A stretch of 64,000 nucleotides of DNA from Harriotta raleighana (Eukaryota). The stretch lies in NCBI GenBank assembly GCA_050575255.1, contig JBNZDD010013607.1, positions 2,077,571 through 2,141,570 on the forward strand, in the 5' to 3' direction. The notes beneath the pieces are model-generated. The model was not told the DNA's origin, searched no databases, and saw nothing but the letters and a program-made list of their open reading frames with translations. Positions within the stretch are counted from its first letter, which is position 1. Each line of letters starts with the position of its first letter. Of this stretch, positions 53,801-62,651 are shown piece by piece. The translations under genes and the position numbers were made by a program.

Positions 53801-56800
53801 GTTGACATGCGGATTAGCACTCCACATGCATGTAGCTCAGATTGCGGGTTCTCTGCCAGCAAGTGACAAATCTCGGAAAAAGTCATTAAACTTTCATGAC
53901 TAGGGTAGACTCATCAAAGTGTGAGAGGCTAAGAGTCTTAATAAAGCAATTTGTGGCATCCTTTCACATTCTGGACAGTGGGTAAAGAATATTGTTGATT
54001 AGTTAATTGAGTAATTTGCATCAAATGTATGAAGAATTCTGCCAAATGATGGTGTGTGCACACAGGCTGATTCTTTTAAACAAGAGCTTTCAATTATTGA
54101 GCCTGACACTGTGTGCTTAAACTGTCAAAGCTGCTCTCTCACACAGGCTCGCTAACTCAGTCAAAACTAGCTCCCTCCATATCAACAGGATTCATCAATT
54201 AAACACATAAACTGAACAAAATCCTCAGAAAGTAACATTCCCCACTTAAATTACTTGAGTGGGTTGTAGCTTCGGATTCTCAGAGACGCAAAAGCTATTT
54301 TAGGCAACGCAGGAAAACAAGAATATACAATTCTATTGTTCATTGGCTTTACTGCTTTACTCATATCCGCATTTGAGTAGGGAGGGAGGGGATCCTACTA
54401 AAACACAGGAATCCCTCCAAATCTATCTGTCCAGCACTTCGGAACGTCCTCCCGACATGTATTGTATTGTAGGTGTGGAAACACTATAACTGGGCGTATA
54501 AACATCATTGTATTGTGCACAATTTTAAGATTAAAATAAGATTAACAGGGTTTGAGGAACAAAATAACTCCATCATATTACAGCTATACAGCCTGATACC
54601 TGCGCTAACAGGAATCGTCAGCATAGTGGATTTGAGAAGAGTCAACGGGTCATCACTAAATATACAATGTAGTACCAATCAAAAACTTCCATCAGACATG
54701 ATATAATAATTCTTGTGTTTGATATAGTGCTTGATCATGTTGCCAGGATCTCAAAGCACTTCAGAGGATACATTGTAAAGTGCTGTGAACGCGTGAATGT
54801 TTTGTGCAGCCATAATGGCACAACAGTGTCAGCTCTTTCATTTGCTCAGGTGTTCCACATAGTCTACTAACCCTGTCCACCGTCCCCTTATTCCATTCCC
54901 TTAAGGTGAATTGGTTACTCTCTCTGCATGTGTGTGTGTTACCCCTTGCTCCCCCTTGGTGACATCATCCGCAGACATGGGGTTAACTTCCACATGTATG
55001 CGGATGACACCCAACTCTACCTTTCCTCCTCTACCCTCAACTCCACGACTACTGATGTCCTGACAGCCTGCCTGTCTGACATCGAGTCCTGGACGAGAGA
55101 NNNNNNNNNNNNNNNNNNNNNNNNNNNNNNNNNNNNNNNNNNNNNNNNNNNNNNNNNNNNNNNNNNNNNNNNNNNNNNNNNNNNNNNNNNNNNNNNNNNN
55201 NNNNNNNNNNNNNNNNNNNNNNNNNNNNNNNNNNNNNNNNNNNNNNNNNNNNNNNNNNNNNNNNNNNNNNNNNNNNNNNNNNNNNNNNNNNNNNNNNNNN
55301 NNNNNNNNNNNNNNNNNNNNNNNNNNNNNNNNNNNNNNNNNNNNNNNNNNNNNNNNNNNNNNNNNNNNNNNNNNNNNNNNNNNNNNNNNNNNNNNNNNNN
55401 NNNNNNNNNNNNNNNNNNNNNNNNNNNNNNNNNNNNNNNNNNNNNNNNNNNNNNNNNNNNNNNNNNNNNNNNNNNNNNNNNNNNNNNNNNNNNNNNNNNN
55501 NNNNNNNNNNNNNNNNNNNNNNNNNNNNNNNNNNNNNNNNNNNNNNNNNNNNNNNNNNNNNNNNNNNNNNNNNNNNNNNNNNNNNNNNNNNNNNNNNNNN
55601 NNNNNNNNNNNNNNNNNNNNNNNNNNNNNNNNNNNNNNNNNNNNNNNNNNNNNNNNNNNNNNNNNNNNNNNNNNNNNNNNNNNNNNNNNNNNNNNNNNNN
55701 NNNNNNNNNNNNNNNNNNNNNNNNNNNNNNNNNNNNNNNNNNNNNNNNNNNNNNNNNNNNNNNNNNNNNNNNNNNNNNNNNNNNNNNNNNNNNNNNNNNN
55801 NNNNNNNNNNNNNNNNNNNNNNNNNNNNNNNNNNNNNNNNNNNNNNNNNNNNNNNNNNNNNNNNNNNNNNNNNNNNNNNNNNNNNNNNNNNNNNNNNNNN
55901 NNNNNNNNNNNNNNNNNNNNNNNNNNNNNNNNNNNNNNNNNNNNNNNNNNNNNNCCCTGAACATTTTCCCTTGCTCGGGTCCTGAACCAATCTGTCCAGC
56001 GCCTTGGGACGTCCTCCTGACGTGAAACGCGCTCTATAAGTGTAATTTTGTTGTTGTTGTTGTTGTTACGCTTGTTAGTCTACTTGCTACTTTGATTAGG
56101 ATATCACATTGTAAAGATGCAACAAAAAGTTGACTTCTGTTCTTTGGTGTATGATAAGACCACTTTATTTTAAGGAACAGGGGATCCTCTTCCATTGTCC
56201 CCAAATATTCCTCACTTACATATGGTGTCAATATTGAAGGCTGAGAATAAAGGGATTAATGAATTTATAGTTTTCCCTCATTGTGAAACCAGAGTACTTG
56301 GTCTTGAGGTTTAGCTTTTCTTTTAACCATCACAACCACACAGGAAAACAAACCACTATCCAGGCTGATTTGGTGTGACATCAAACTACAATCTAAAAGG
56401 AAATATTGCAACGCTTTTTGATCTATAGAATAATAGCCACGGCATTCAGTTGTTGCTTGCTTCAATCTAATCTCTTTATTTATTAAAAGTAAATGTCTCT
56501 TCATTTAATTATTGCAAAGTTGTGTGAACATAAGTGAAGGCAGGATTGGGTTTAGTTATACTGCCTCTGCTGAAGTTTGCTATCAATGGTCACATATGAA
56601 TAATGACCACATAGGCAATGAGCCAGAGGGTACCTGGCACCAGTGAAACCTTAGGCAGTGGGGTATGTGTGGGGGGGGGTTGGGGGAAAAGGAGGTGGGA
56701 GTGAAATGCCTTGCGGAACAGGAGGCAAGGAGGGAGAACAGTGATGGATTTTTGGGGGGGGTAGAAAAGCAAATATTGCATTCCTAAATATTGAACATTT

Positions 56801-59800
56801 GATCTGGTGCTTGGATTGTGCTGGTGCCCAAATAGACCTGAAGATTAATTCTAGTAGAAAAATGCTTTTGCACTGAAAACAGTGCAGGTCCCTGTGATAG
56901 TGGTGAAGAGCCCGAGCTACTACAAAAATAAATCCTTTCCAAGATATTATAAATACACGGATATTTATAAAACAATCACATTCAATACAAACGGCTTTGG
57001 TGAGATAGTTTGTCACATTTATACAAGCATTTGTTTTAGGTGCAAACATTTAAAAGGTTACTGGTGTGAAAATGAAGAAAGGAGTTTGATCGCACATCCA
57101 AATAAACAGCCGTTTTTTGTTTTCAAAACCAAATACTTATCCCAATCCATTTTTACACTGAATTAAAAAGAATCCAAATGTTTAATGTGAGTTATTCTTT
57201 TTTGTAGTTGAACCCATTTAGCTTTACCTGGAGTTTGAACCCGATAAAGACTCAGCAAGCATGTTGATACCAGCTGAGTCAGGCTGACATTACCTGGTGG
57301 TGGGGGTTTCAACTGTTCCTAGCAAGGATTCAATGTTATCTAATGGCCTGTGTAGGTACAAGGCAACAACAACAACAACAACAAAATTGCATTTATAGAG
57401 CGCGTTTCACGTCAGGAGGACGTCCCAAGGCACTGGACGTCCCAAGGCAGTATTGAGGCCAAATATTATAACCTTTATAGAAGAAATTTGTTGGCATTCA
57501 CTGCTGCTAATAATAATAATCCTTACATTTGATATAGTGCTTTTCACGTCTTCTAGATATCTCAAAGTGCTTCACAGAATATACTGGAAAATGAATTGTC
57601 TGTATATTCGTGGGCGAAACGTGGCAGCCAATTGCGCACAGTTGTGTCCCACAAACAGTTGTGGATTGAAATGACCAATTTATTATTGTTTTCTTTGAGG
57701 GCTAAGCCTGACATATGTCTTCTGAACAGCCAACTGCATGCTATACTGGAATGTCACTGATCCCTGTAATTTGCATCAAATGTACGAAGAATTCTGCTAA
57801 CCTTGATGGTCCATTACTGGTCTAAACAGACTCTCCAATATAGTGCTGGGGGTGTTGCACTGTTTGGAACTGCCATCTTTCGGATATGACATTAAACCGA
57901 GGTTCCCATCTCAGTTATTCAATAAACAAAGACGTAGAATATCCATGGCGCTATTTGGAAAGAGAAGGGAGTTTCTCCTGGTGTCCTGGCCAACAAATCA
58001 GCAGATTAATTGATTCATTGAGTAACTACCAAATCCCATGTTAGGATTTTGTCTAGGCTTGTTCTCCTGTGCAGTGCTGGTGGAGCACTGCAATGTCAGA
58101 GGTTTAGTTCCAAATGAAACATGTACCTGTTCAGGTGACATTAAAGATCCCAGGATTGGCGTGTCCTCCGGGCAGCAAATAGAGGAGAAAAAAATGTCTT
58201 AAAGATGTGTTTTAAATAAAGAGAAAATGAAACCAATGTTTCCTATTAAAATCTCCAGGAAAAAAAAATGAAATCAGACTTTGTAAAAAGCTGTTTATAG
58301 TTCTCCATTAGCTGTAATCAGAAATTGTAATCTGTATATGATCATCTAGGTATCAAAAGATTGCTAATGATCTTTCCTTTGAATTATTTTCTATAATTGT
58401 CTTAAACTACCCGATTGCAGCATTAAGATATAAAATAGTTATTTAAAAAGTGCAGCCATTGTAACATGTTTCACCATAGCACGAATAGGTTTGAAATGCG
58501 GTTGCATTGAGTAATAATAATAATAAACCTTGCATTTGATATAGCGCTTTTCACATCTTCTAGACGTCTCAAAGCGTTTCACGGAATATGCTGTAAAAGG
58601 GAATTGACTGTACAATTGTGGGCAAAACTTGGTAGCCAATTGTACAGCAGTGTCCCACAAACAGACATGGATTGATATGACCAATTGATTATTTTTTTCA
58701 AGCCGATTATCATCATAATTATGTGCAGGGAATGAGGTACTCACCATCACCCTCAAAGTCAATGGTCCAGTCAAGACCATTTCCTATTTGCGGCACATAT
58801 GCAAAGCGGGAAGTGATGTCAGTGATCCAGAAGTTAGGCATTTTAACTTTCCTCGCTAAAACAACAGCCAACTTCCAGGTGATCAGATCGACACCAGTCA
58901 TTTCCTGCCTTTCACACGCGGAGCAAATAGACAGTGACATTGGCAGTCACACAACGTCTCCAATAGTCAAATATCTATATTTGTTGGTGTGGGAATTAGC
59001 CGGCTGCTGCATGTAAAGTCAAACCATTAATGAGTTGCACTGAACATATATTGAGATCTATGTCTTTCATTAAGAACGTTTTACTTGTTGCACTGAGTTG
59101 CACTGAACATATATTGAGACCTATGTCTTTCATTAAGAACGTTTTACTTTTACTCACCTCTTTAAGTGGAGATGGGACAGGATAGTCCTGAGGAGGTCTT
59201 ACAAGCAAACGTCTCACTTTAATTGAGTATTATCGACCCTCCAATTATATTTTGATACAACACTTATGTACCCCTACCCTATTTTACTACTGATGAAGGA
59301 GCATTTGTTGCTGAGGTTTCCGAAATGTCTCCATTGCCACTCAGATGGCATCAATGACTTCTATGAATAATAATCATTTCATGGTAATTGAAGGAAAGAA
59401 ATCATTGTTAATGTAACAGACAATTGACTGTATACTCGTGGGCGAAATGATCTTACTTGTGTCCAGATTCATGAGCAATGGTAAAGGCCAGTCCCAATCC
59501 TGTGTCTTCATTAATTGTACAACTGCGATATTTGCTGCACATTCCACTGATAGGTGCAAAACCTAGGGAATGAAACAAAGTATAAATAGGAACATATGTT
59601 ACACAGGTTACAGACTTGTAGTGGCCTTGCATATTAATTTCTTTTATTTTACAGTATATTGAAATCCCACAGAACTGCAGTTTGCTTCCTAAATTAACTG
59701 ATGAGGCAGCAGCTTCGTGGTTCCATTTTATTTCATCCTTTCAAAGTGGCTTATTACTGCATTTGTTGTTTTAACACTGAGTGATCTGGATTCTATTTTA

Positions 59801-62651
59801 CTACCTGCATTATGTTCTGGGTATCAACAAATTTTTCTGATCTTTGTCAGAATGCAACCATAATGAGACATCTGAAACCATTCCTACCTCCTTCAAAATG
59901 TCCATAAATTTACTGAGGAGAAAATAACAACAATGACAAAATTATATTTATAGAACGCCTTTCATGTCAGGAGGACGTGATAACTCTCTAAACCTAACCA
60001 TTAGATGTTAAACTGAGTTCCCATCTTCCTGTTCAGGTGGATGTTAAATATCCCAAGACATTATTTGAAAAGGGAAGGGAGTTTTTCACAGTTTGGTAGC
60101 CAACAATCTTCCAAAATAAAAATTGATCATTCACTCAAAAGCTGTTTGTGGGACATTGGTGTGTGCAACTGGCTGCCACTCTTCGCCCACAAAATATAGT
60201 CAGCCCATAAATATAGTCATTTACTTTATCCCCTTAAAGTGGAGTCCTTAAAGTGAGTAGCTCAGGTATTAAAGCATTCGCCTTCTAAGTGAAACAGCTG
60301 GGTACAATTCCCGTTAGGACGAAACCTTGGGCAAGTTTCTTTACTCCATAAACTTCATAATAATCCCTCAAGACAAGTAAAAAAGGATTGGTCATTTCAA
60401 CGCACGACTGTTTGTGAGAAACTGCTGTGCACAATTGGCTACTGTGTATTGTCCACAAACATACAGTCAATTCACTTTAAGTATATTCTGTGAAGTCCTT
60501 TGAGATATCTAAGACATGCCTTTCATCTTACTCCCTCCTTTGCTTCCATCAAGGCCGGTCGCGAGACCCTCCGCTTCGACAATTCCCTCCTTCCTCTCTG
60601 CCCTCCTCATCTCAATCCTGTCACCCCCACTGCTCGGAACCCGATCCCTGACGTCCTCCACGGCGCTTTACAAATGTAATTTTGTTGTTGTTTAACTAGC
60701 TGCGGAGTCCTGTAGCTAAGTGGTTAGAGCGCTCGTCTTGCAAGCGAGAGACCTAAGTTTGATTCTAGGCAGGTCAGAGCGAAAGCTTGGGCAAGTTTCC
60801 TTACTCCACATGCACGCCTGATAATAATCCCTCAAAAAAAAATTGGTCACTTCAATCCACGACTGTTTGTGGGACACTGTTGTGCGCAATTGGCTGTCGC
60901 GTTTCGCCCACAAATATACAGTGGGCTAAATGCGGGAGCCAAGTGCGCATAGCAGTGTCCCACAAACAGTTGTGGATTGAAATGACCAATTTATTATAGA
61001 TTTTTTGAGGGATTATTATTAAGCATATGGAGTAAGGAAACTTGCCCAAGGTTTCACCCTGCCTTATAAGGCGAGTGCTCTAACCACTGAGCTACAGGAC
61101 TCCACATTAGCCTGTGAATACAATGTCCCATCCAGGAGCCTGAACCCACAAACTTCTAACTAGAGGTGAGAGTGGAGGCTGAAACATCTATTGATTTTAT
61201 AACTATTACCATTGCTTAAACGTTATAAAAATGTTATTGCATGGGCTTTTCTCGAGTGCTGGAAAAGATGGATGGATTTGCTACAGACTGGACTGGTGGG
61301 AGTGAAGTACTGTACAAGGTAAAAATCAAGTGAGATATTTCATTATCTCGACTACTGAAGATTATATTTGAAAAGCGTTTCTTCCAGTGTCCTGGCCAAC
61401 AATCCCCTGAAATAAAATTAATCATTCACTTCATGGCAATCTGTGAGTCATTGTTGTGTGCAAACTGGTTGCCACATTTGTGTACAAAATACAGTCACTG
61501 CTCTTTACAATAAATCATGAAGAGTTTTGAGTAGTTCTGACTTGAGAGGTGCTATCTCAAATGCTAACCTGATTCTTATTTATTATTATTAAGTAATACT
61601 AAGATAATGCACAATGGTAGAGTGCTTTAGAGTATACCTGACTGGTCATGCAACATCATGAGGCAACTGCCAAATAATAAATCAAAATTCACCAACTTTC
61701 TTATAATAAATGCCTTAATGTCTTAAATAATCATTAGGGAAACTCTGCACTTTACATTGACTGATATTCTTTTCCCGAGACTGTTGGGCGGGCAAAGCTT
61801 CAAAAAATCATGCAATGAGTTCACCTAAAGTATCACAAGGTTCATTCTTCCAGGAACAAATATCCAGGCCAGTCAGCAAAATGGCATGATCATGACGATT
61901 ACCCTCTTTGCTCACCAATCCTGACTGCCACTGACAGAAGCTGTTCAAAGTGCGGTCGGCATGATGATTTATTAAAAGCCCCGGCTGCAGAATAAAACGA
62001 ACAGGAGAAGGGGAAAAAAATTGAGTTCAAAGAGGATCCCAGATAAGCCCTCACTTTTTGTTCTATTAAGTGAACAAGACTCCATGAAAGATCAAATATG
62101 CTGTGATGGGAGGCAAGCAAGCTGCCTAGACGTCCCTTTATGGTTCACTGAGTAGTTCACTGCTTCATGAAAGGATGCATATGCTGGTAATGTTGTGATT
62201 TTAGGCAAGTGCTGGATTATGCAGGCGAGCCTTGCCTGAAATTCCAAATGGCAATTAGACAGACAGCAAATAAAGCCAAGGTAAAAAATTAAATGCCAGC
62301 AGGCAATGCCTACAAGTAAGTGGGTGCATTGCTAGAATTCTTTTATGAATGTTAGAAAATGTAAAGGGCACAGGTGTAAGACATCTTTTATAGGTGATGC
62401 TGAATGCAAGCCTCAGACTACGAAAACAATGTCAGCATGATGGGGCAAAGTATTGTAAACTCACCCCTGTCAGTTTGATTTTCAGTGTTTTGAGATATCT
62501 CCCTGACGTGAGAGGCGCTGTATCAATCTAATTTGTATTGCATTTTTTTTATTTTAAAGAAACGTACCTGATCTTCCTCCAGAAGGACAATGCCAACTAT
62601 TACAATATTTATGTTGCCTCCAATTGTACCGTCCTTGAACAATGTAGACAC
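2616..62651 (-). CDS. ADAMTS16: ADAMTS16, partial multi-exon CDS (16 exons, equivalent to human exons 6-21; 817 codons); gene continues beyond both window ends
   Basis: Manual splicing of 16 exons gives an open frame of 2451 nt with consistent phases. It contains HESGHNFGMIHD, NIMSP and CSxxCGxG TSR motifs. Residues such as [25 protein letters not shown], GEKAKLCxLDFKK and CYRDL match ADAMTS16 rather than ADAMTS18 as I recall them. Confidence 0.95.
3666..3860 (-). CDS. ADAMTS16: ADAMTS16 exon (~exon 20), 195 bp, [65 protein letters not shown]
   Basis: gtacag| acceptor, |gtagag donor; TSR4. Confidence 0.95.
4820..5000 (-). repeat. Old unclassified interspersed repeat (same family as 13790, 24500, 56520)
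   Basis: Reverse complement shares ggacaggatt...agctgtg(a/t)tgcc...ccttcaggagagg with the other copies. Confidence 0.5.
5095..5400. mobile_element. CR1-type LINE 3' remnants
   Basis: agaaggccattcagcc and aggaaactcttcacgcagaag...gatgtggaat, typical CR1 3'-end words. Confidence 0.55.
5618..5822 (-). CDS. ADAMTS16: ADAMTS16 exon (~exon 19), 205 bp, (S)[68 protein letters not shown]
   Basis: ctacag| acceptor, |gtgtgt donor; TSR3; a different frame from the listed ORF 5584..5847. Confidence 0.94.
6301..6590 (+). mobile_element. tRNA-derived SINE, followed tail-to-tail by an older minus-strand SINE tail (6597-6735) and an L2 tail (6742-6800)
   Basis: tagctcagtggttaga...ggttcaattcc A/B boxes; tail ctatatcaaatgcaaggattattatt. 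Confidence 0.88.
9160..9510 (-). mobile_element. CR1-type LINE 3' fragment; a second CR1 end lies at ~9810-9920
   Basis: gaaggccattcggcccatc; ttgttccagtcatt...gaaaaaacttcct; aggagtaggcctttcagc...agatcatgactgatctg. Confidence 0.6.
9925..10228 (+). mobile_element. tRNA-derived SINE
   Basis: Same head/body/tail consensus as the other copies. Confidence 0.88.
10306..11095 (-). mobile_element. L2 LINE 3' fragment
   Basis: Minus-strand [16 protein letters not shown] motif and L2 tail. Confidence 0.88.
13015..13520 (-). mobile_element. Old DeuSINE-like element (SacSINE1/AmnSINE1 type)
   Basis: ggggaaatattggtcaggacatcaggagaa, gtgccatgggacctttgacctgaacag and acctctgacagtacagcattgctcc are reverse complements of Deu-domain words. 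Confidence 0.6.
13790..14090 (+). repeat. Old unclassified interspersed repeat
   Basis: gtgaggacagattagtctcagctgtgatgcc...gacactcactgt...aatgagtcagtgccttc; homologous words at 4820, 24500 and 56520. Confidence 0.55.
14250..15655 (+). mobile_element. L2 LINE fragment (RT C-terminal part to 3' tail), interrupted by a SINE
   Basis: FHM|[58 protein letters not shown]; frameshifted and dead. Confidence 0.92.
14391..14712 (-). mobile_element. Full-length tRNA-derived SINE inserted in the L2 RT motif
   Basis: Complete head-to-tail consensus; ATGTA duplicated at 14386-14390 and 14714-14718. Confidence 0.92.
17952..18078 (-). CDS. ADAMTS16: ADAMTS16 exon (~exon 18), 127 bp, (G)[41 protein letters not shown](S)
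   Basis: tattag| acceptor, |gtaaga donor; TSR2. Confidence 0.95.
22157..22452 (+). mobile_element. tRNA-derived SINE
   Basis: agtcctgtagctcagtggtgagagc...ggttcaattcc head; consensus tail. Confidence 0.9.
24500..24830 (+). repeat. Old unclassified interspersed repeat
   Basis: ttagctgtgatgccc...actcatgttacttaggc shared with the 13790 copy. Confidence 0.45.
26480..26825 (+). mobile_element. L2-type 3' end with (ATTG)n tail containing a SINE-body segment
   Basis: Pyrimidine tract + tgtttgtgggacactgctgtgcgc...aaatatacagtca + pyrimidine tract + gcgctttgggacgtcctcccgacgtgaaaggcgc + ttttgattgat. Confidence 0.75.
27613..27751 (-). CDS. ADAMTS16: ADAMTS16 exon (~exon 17), 139 bp, [46 protein letters not shown](G)
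   Basis: acccag| acceptor, |gtaatt donor; end of spacer and start of TSR2. Confidence 0.96.
29600..29700 (+). repeat. Degenerate Penelope-associated repeat with hammerhead-like core
   Basis: ctgaagaagagtcaaacctgaaacattaac...tctttcagatac...tctagcatttt; same family as 33481, opposite strand. Confidence 0.45.
31607..31851 (-). CDS. ADAMTS16: ADAMTS16 exon (~exon 16), 245 bp, spacer domain (Q)[81 protein letters not shown]
   Basis: tttcag| acceptor, |gtaata donor; IPAGA, YYLNG and GPTNE spacer motifs. Confidence 0.96.
32347..32470 (-). CDS. ADAMTS16: ADAMTS16 exon (~exon 15), 124 bp, [41 protein letters not shown](Q)
   Basis: tcacag| acceptor, |gtatgt donor; VGCD...CGVCxG motif. Confidence 0.95.
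33481..33615 (-). repeat. Chondrichthyan Penelope-associated repeat with hammerhead-like core
   Basis: Plus strand aaatactgcagagactggaaatctgaa...ctcagcaggtcaggcagcatc; minus strand ctaacga-a-gggtc-ttg-gaccc-gaaa. Confidence 0.6.
33755..33885 (-). CDS. ADAMTS16: ADAMTS16 exon (~exon 14), 131 bp, (D)[43 protein letters not shown]
   Basis: ttttag| acceptor, |gtaaaa donor; Cys-rich VKDGTxC motif. Confidence 0.96.
33975..34563 (-). mobile_element. L2 LINE 3' fragment
   Basis: (aac)n tail, L2 terminal motif and decayed ORF2 end on the minus strand. Confidence 0.9.
35050..35222 (-). CDS. ADAMTS16: ADAMTS16 exon (~exon 13), 173 bp, (R)[57 protein letters not shown](D)
   Basis: aaacag| acceptor, |gtaaag donor; end of TSR1 and start of Cys-rich domain. 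Confidence 0.96.
35898..36220 (+). mobile_element. tRNA-derived SINE
   Basis: gtggagtcctgtagctcagtggttagagc head; (att)n tail; small AT-rich internal insertion. Confidence 0.9.
40550..40950 (-). mobile_element. Old DeuSINE-like element
   Basis: ttggctaggacactgagaaaaactcccttctcttttcaaacagtaccatgggat...ggtttaatatttcatctgaaag...ggagtgtcagcctagatt = reverse of the Deu domain. Confidence 0.7.
41124..41272 (-). CDS. ADAMTS16: ADAMTS16 exon (~exon 12), 149 bp, [49 protein letters not shown](R)
   Basis: atctag| acceptor, |gtaaaa donor; TSR1 WxxWxxW and CSRSCGGG. Confidence 0.96.
44277..44602 (-). mobile_element. Full-length tRNA-derived SINE
   Basis: Complete consensus on the minus strand. Confidence 0.92.
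45402..46005 (+). mobile_element. L2 LINE 3' fragment
   Basis: [21 protein letters not shown]...[23 protein letters not shown]; tail ttgttgttg. Confidence 0.9.
47021..47116 (-). CDS. ADAMTS16: ADAMTS16 exon (~exon 11), 96 bp, [32 protein letters not shown]
   Basis: tcttag| acceptor, |gtaagc donor; disintegrin-like domain. Confidence 0.96.
47300..48119. mobile_element. Cluster of three SINEs: plus copy (47300-47791) interrupted by a minus copy (47422-47737), then another plus copy (47805-48119)
   Basis: The host tail ctttgaga|cgtctagaaaatgtgaa is split by a complete antisense SINE. Confidence 0.9.
48750..49025 (+). mobile_element. Older SINE subfamily copy with a longer CORE-like segment
   Basis: tcctgtagc...ggattcaattc head; accttgg...ctactccacacgcttctgtttacctaacagtaaatagg; actgtttgtgggaca tail. 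Confidence 0.7.
49066..49219 (-). CDS. ADAMTS16: ADAMTS16 exon (~exon 10), 154 bp, (S)[51 protein letters not shown]; GC donor
   Basis: ccacag| acceptor; homology ends at AAG|gcaaga (non-canonical GC donor), phase 0 into the next exon DICK. Confidence 0.93.
51695..51832 (-). CDS. ADAMTS16: ADAMTS16 exon (~exon 9), 138 bp, (N)[45 protein letters not shown](S)
   Basis: ctgcag| acceptor, |gtacac donor; third zinc His and Met-turn; inside ORF 51658..51864. Confidence 0.97.
52284..52600 (-). mobile_element. Full-length tRNA-derived SINE
   Basis: Complete consensus on the minus strand. Confidence 0.9.
54935..56066 (+). mobile_element. L2 LINE spanning an assembly gap
   Basis: [26 protein letters not shown] before the gap and an L2 tail with (ttg)n after it; the gap size is close to the equivalent span of the 14250 copy. 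Confidence 0.85.
55101..55954. other. Assembly gap (854 N)
   Basis: Run of N. Confidence 1.
56520..56660 (+). repeat. Old unclassified interspersed repeat
   Basis: gtgaaggcaggattggg...atgaataatgaccac...ccagagggtacctggcacc; similar to the 13790 copy. Confidence 0.45.
57509..57700 (-). mobile_element. 5'-truncated SINE
   Basis: SINE body and tail, no tRNA head. Confidence 0.88.
57838..58000 (+). mobile_element. DeuSINE Deu-domain fragment (others at ~60000-60200 and ~61250-61590)
   Basis: tgccatctttcggatatgacattaaaccgagg...atccatggcgctattt...agggagtttctcctggtgtcctggccaaca. Confidence 0.75.
58513..58720 (-). mobile_element. 5'-truncated SINE
   Basis: SINE body and tail. Confidence 0.85.
59031..59149. 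repeat. Tandem duplication, period 63 bp, 2 copies
   Basis: tgagttgcactgaacatatattgaga(t/c)ctatgtctttcattaagaacgttttactt at 59031 and 59094; no N at the junction. Confidence 0.9.
59457..59562 (-). CDS. ADAMTS16: ADAMTS16 exon (~exon 8), 106 bp, (G)[34 protein letters not shown](N)
   Basis: ccctag| acceptor, |gtaaga donor; first half of the HExxHxxGxxHD zinc site. Confidence 0.97.
60239..60515 (+). mobile_element. Decayed tRNA-derived SINE, followed by an L2 3' remnant (60520-60692)
   Basis: gaaaccttgggcaagtttctttactcca; cgactgtttgtg...cagtcaattcacttta. Confidence 0.8.
60702..61105. mobile_element. Two SINEs fused tail-to-tail as an inverted repeat
   Basis: Plus copy 60702-60922 and minus copy 60921-61105; both lack the 3' tail. 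Confidence 0.9.
61825..61984 (-). CDS. ADAMTS16: ADAMTS16 exon (~exon 7), 160 bp, [53 protein letters not shown](G)
   Basis: ctgcag| acceptor, |gtgaac donor; typical ADAMTS SFCQWQ and HDHAILLT motifs. Confidence 0.96.
62568..62651 (-). CDS. ADAMTS16: ADAMTS16 exon (~exon 6), 84 bp, [28 protein letters not shown]
   Basis: tttaag| acceptor, |gtacgt donor; metalloprotease-domain sequence; absent from the ORF track. Confidence 0.93.

Noticed and set aside
54928-56025. Three 313-365 aa ORFs
   Set aside because: Artefacts of translating through 854 Ns; only the first ~55 aa are an L2 RT fragment.
56660-56762. G-rich runs able to form G-quadruplexes (also ~26036 and L2 3'UTRs)
   Set aside because: Common low-complexity or repeat-derived tracts with no sign of function.
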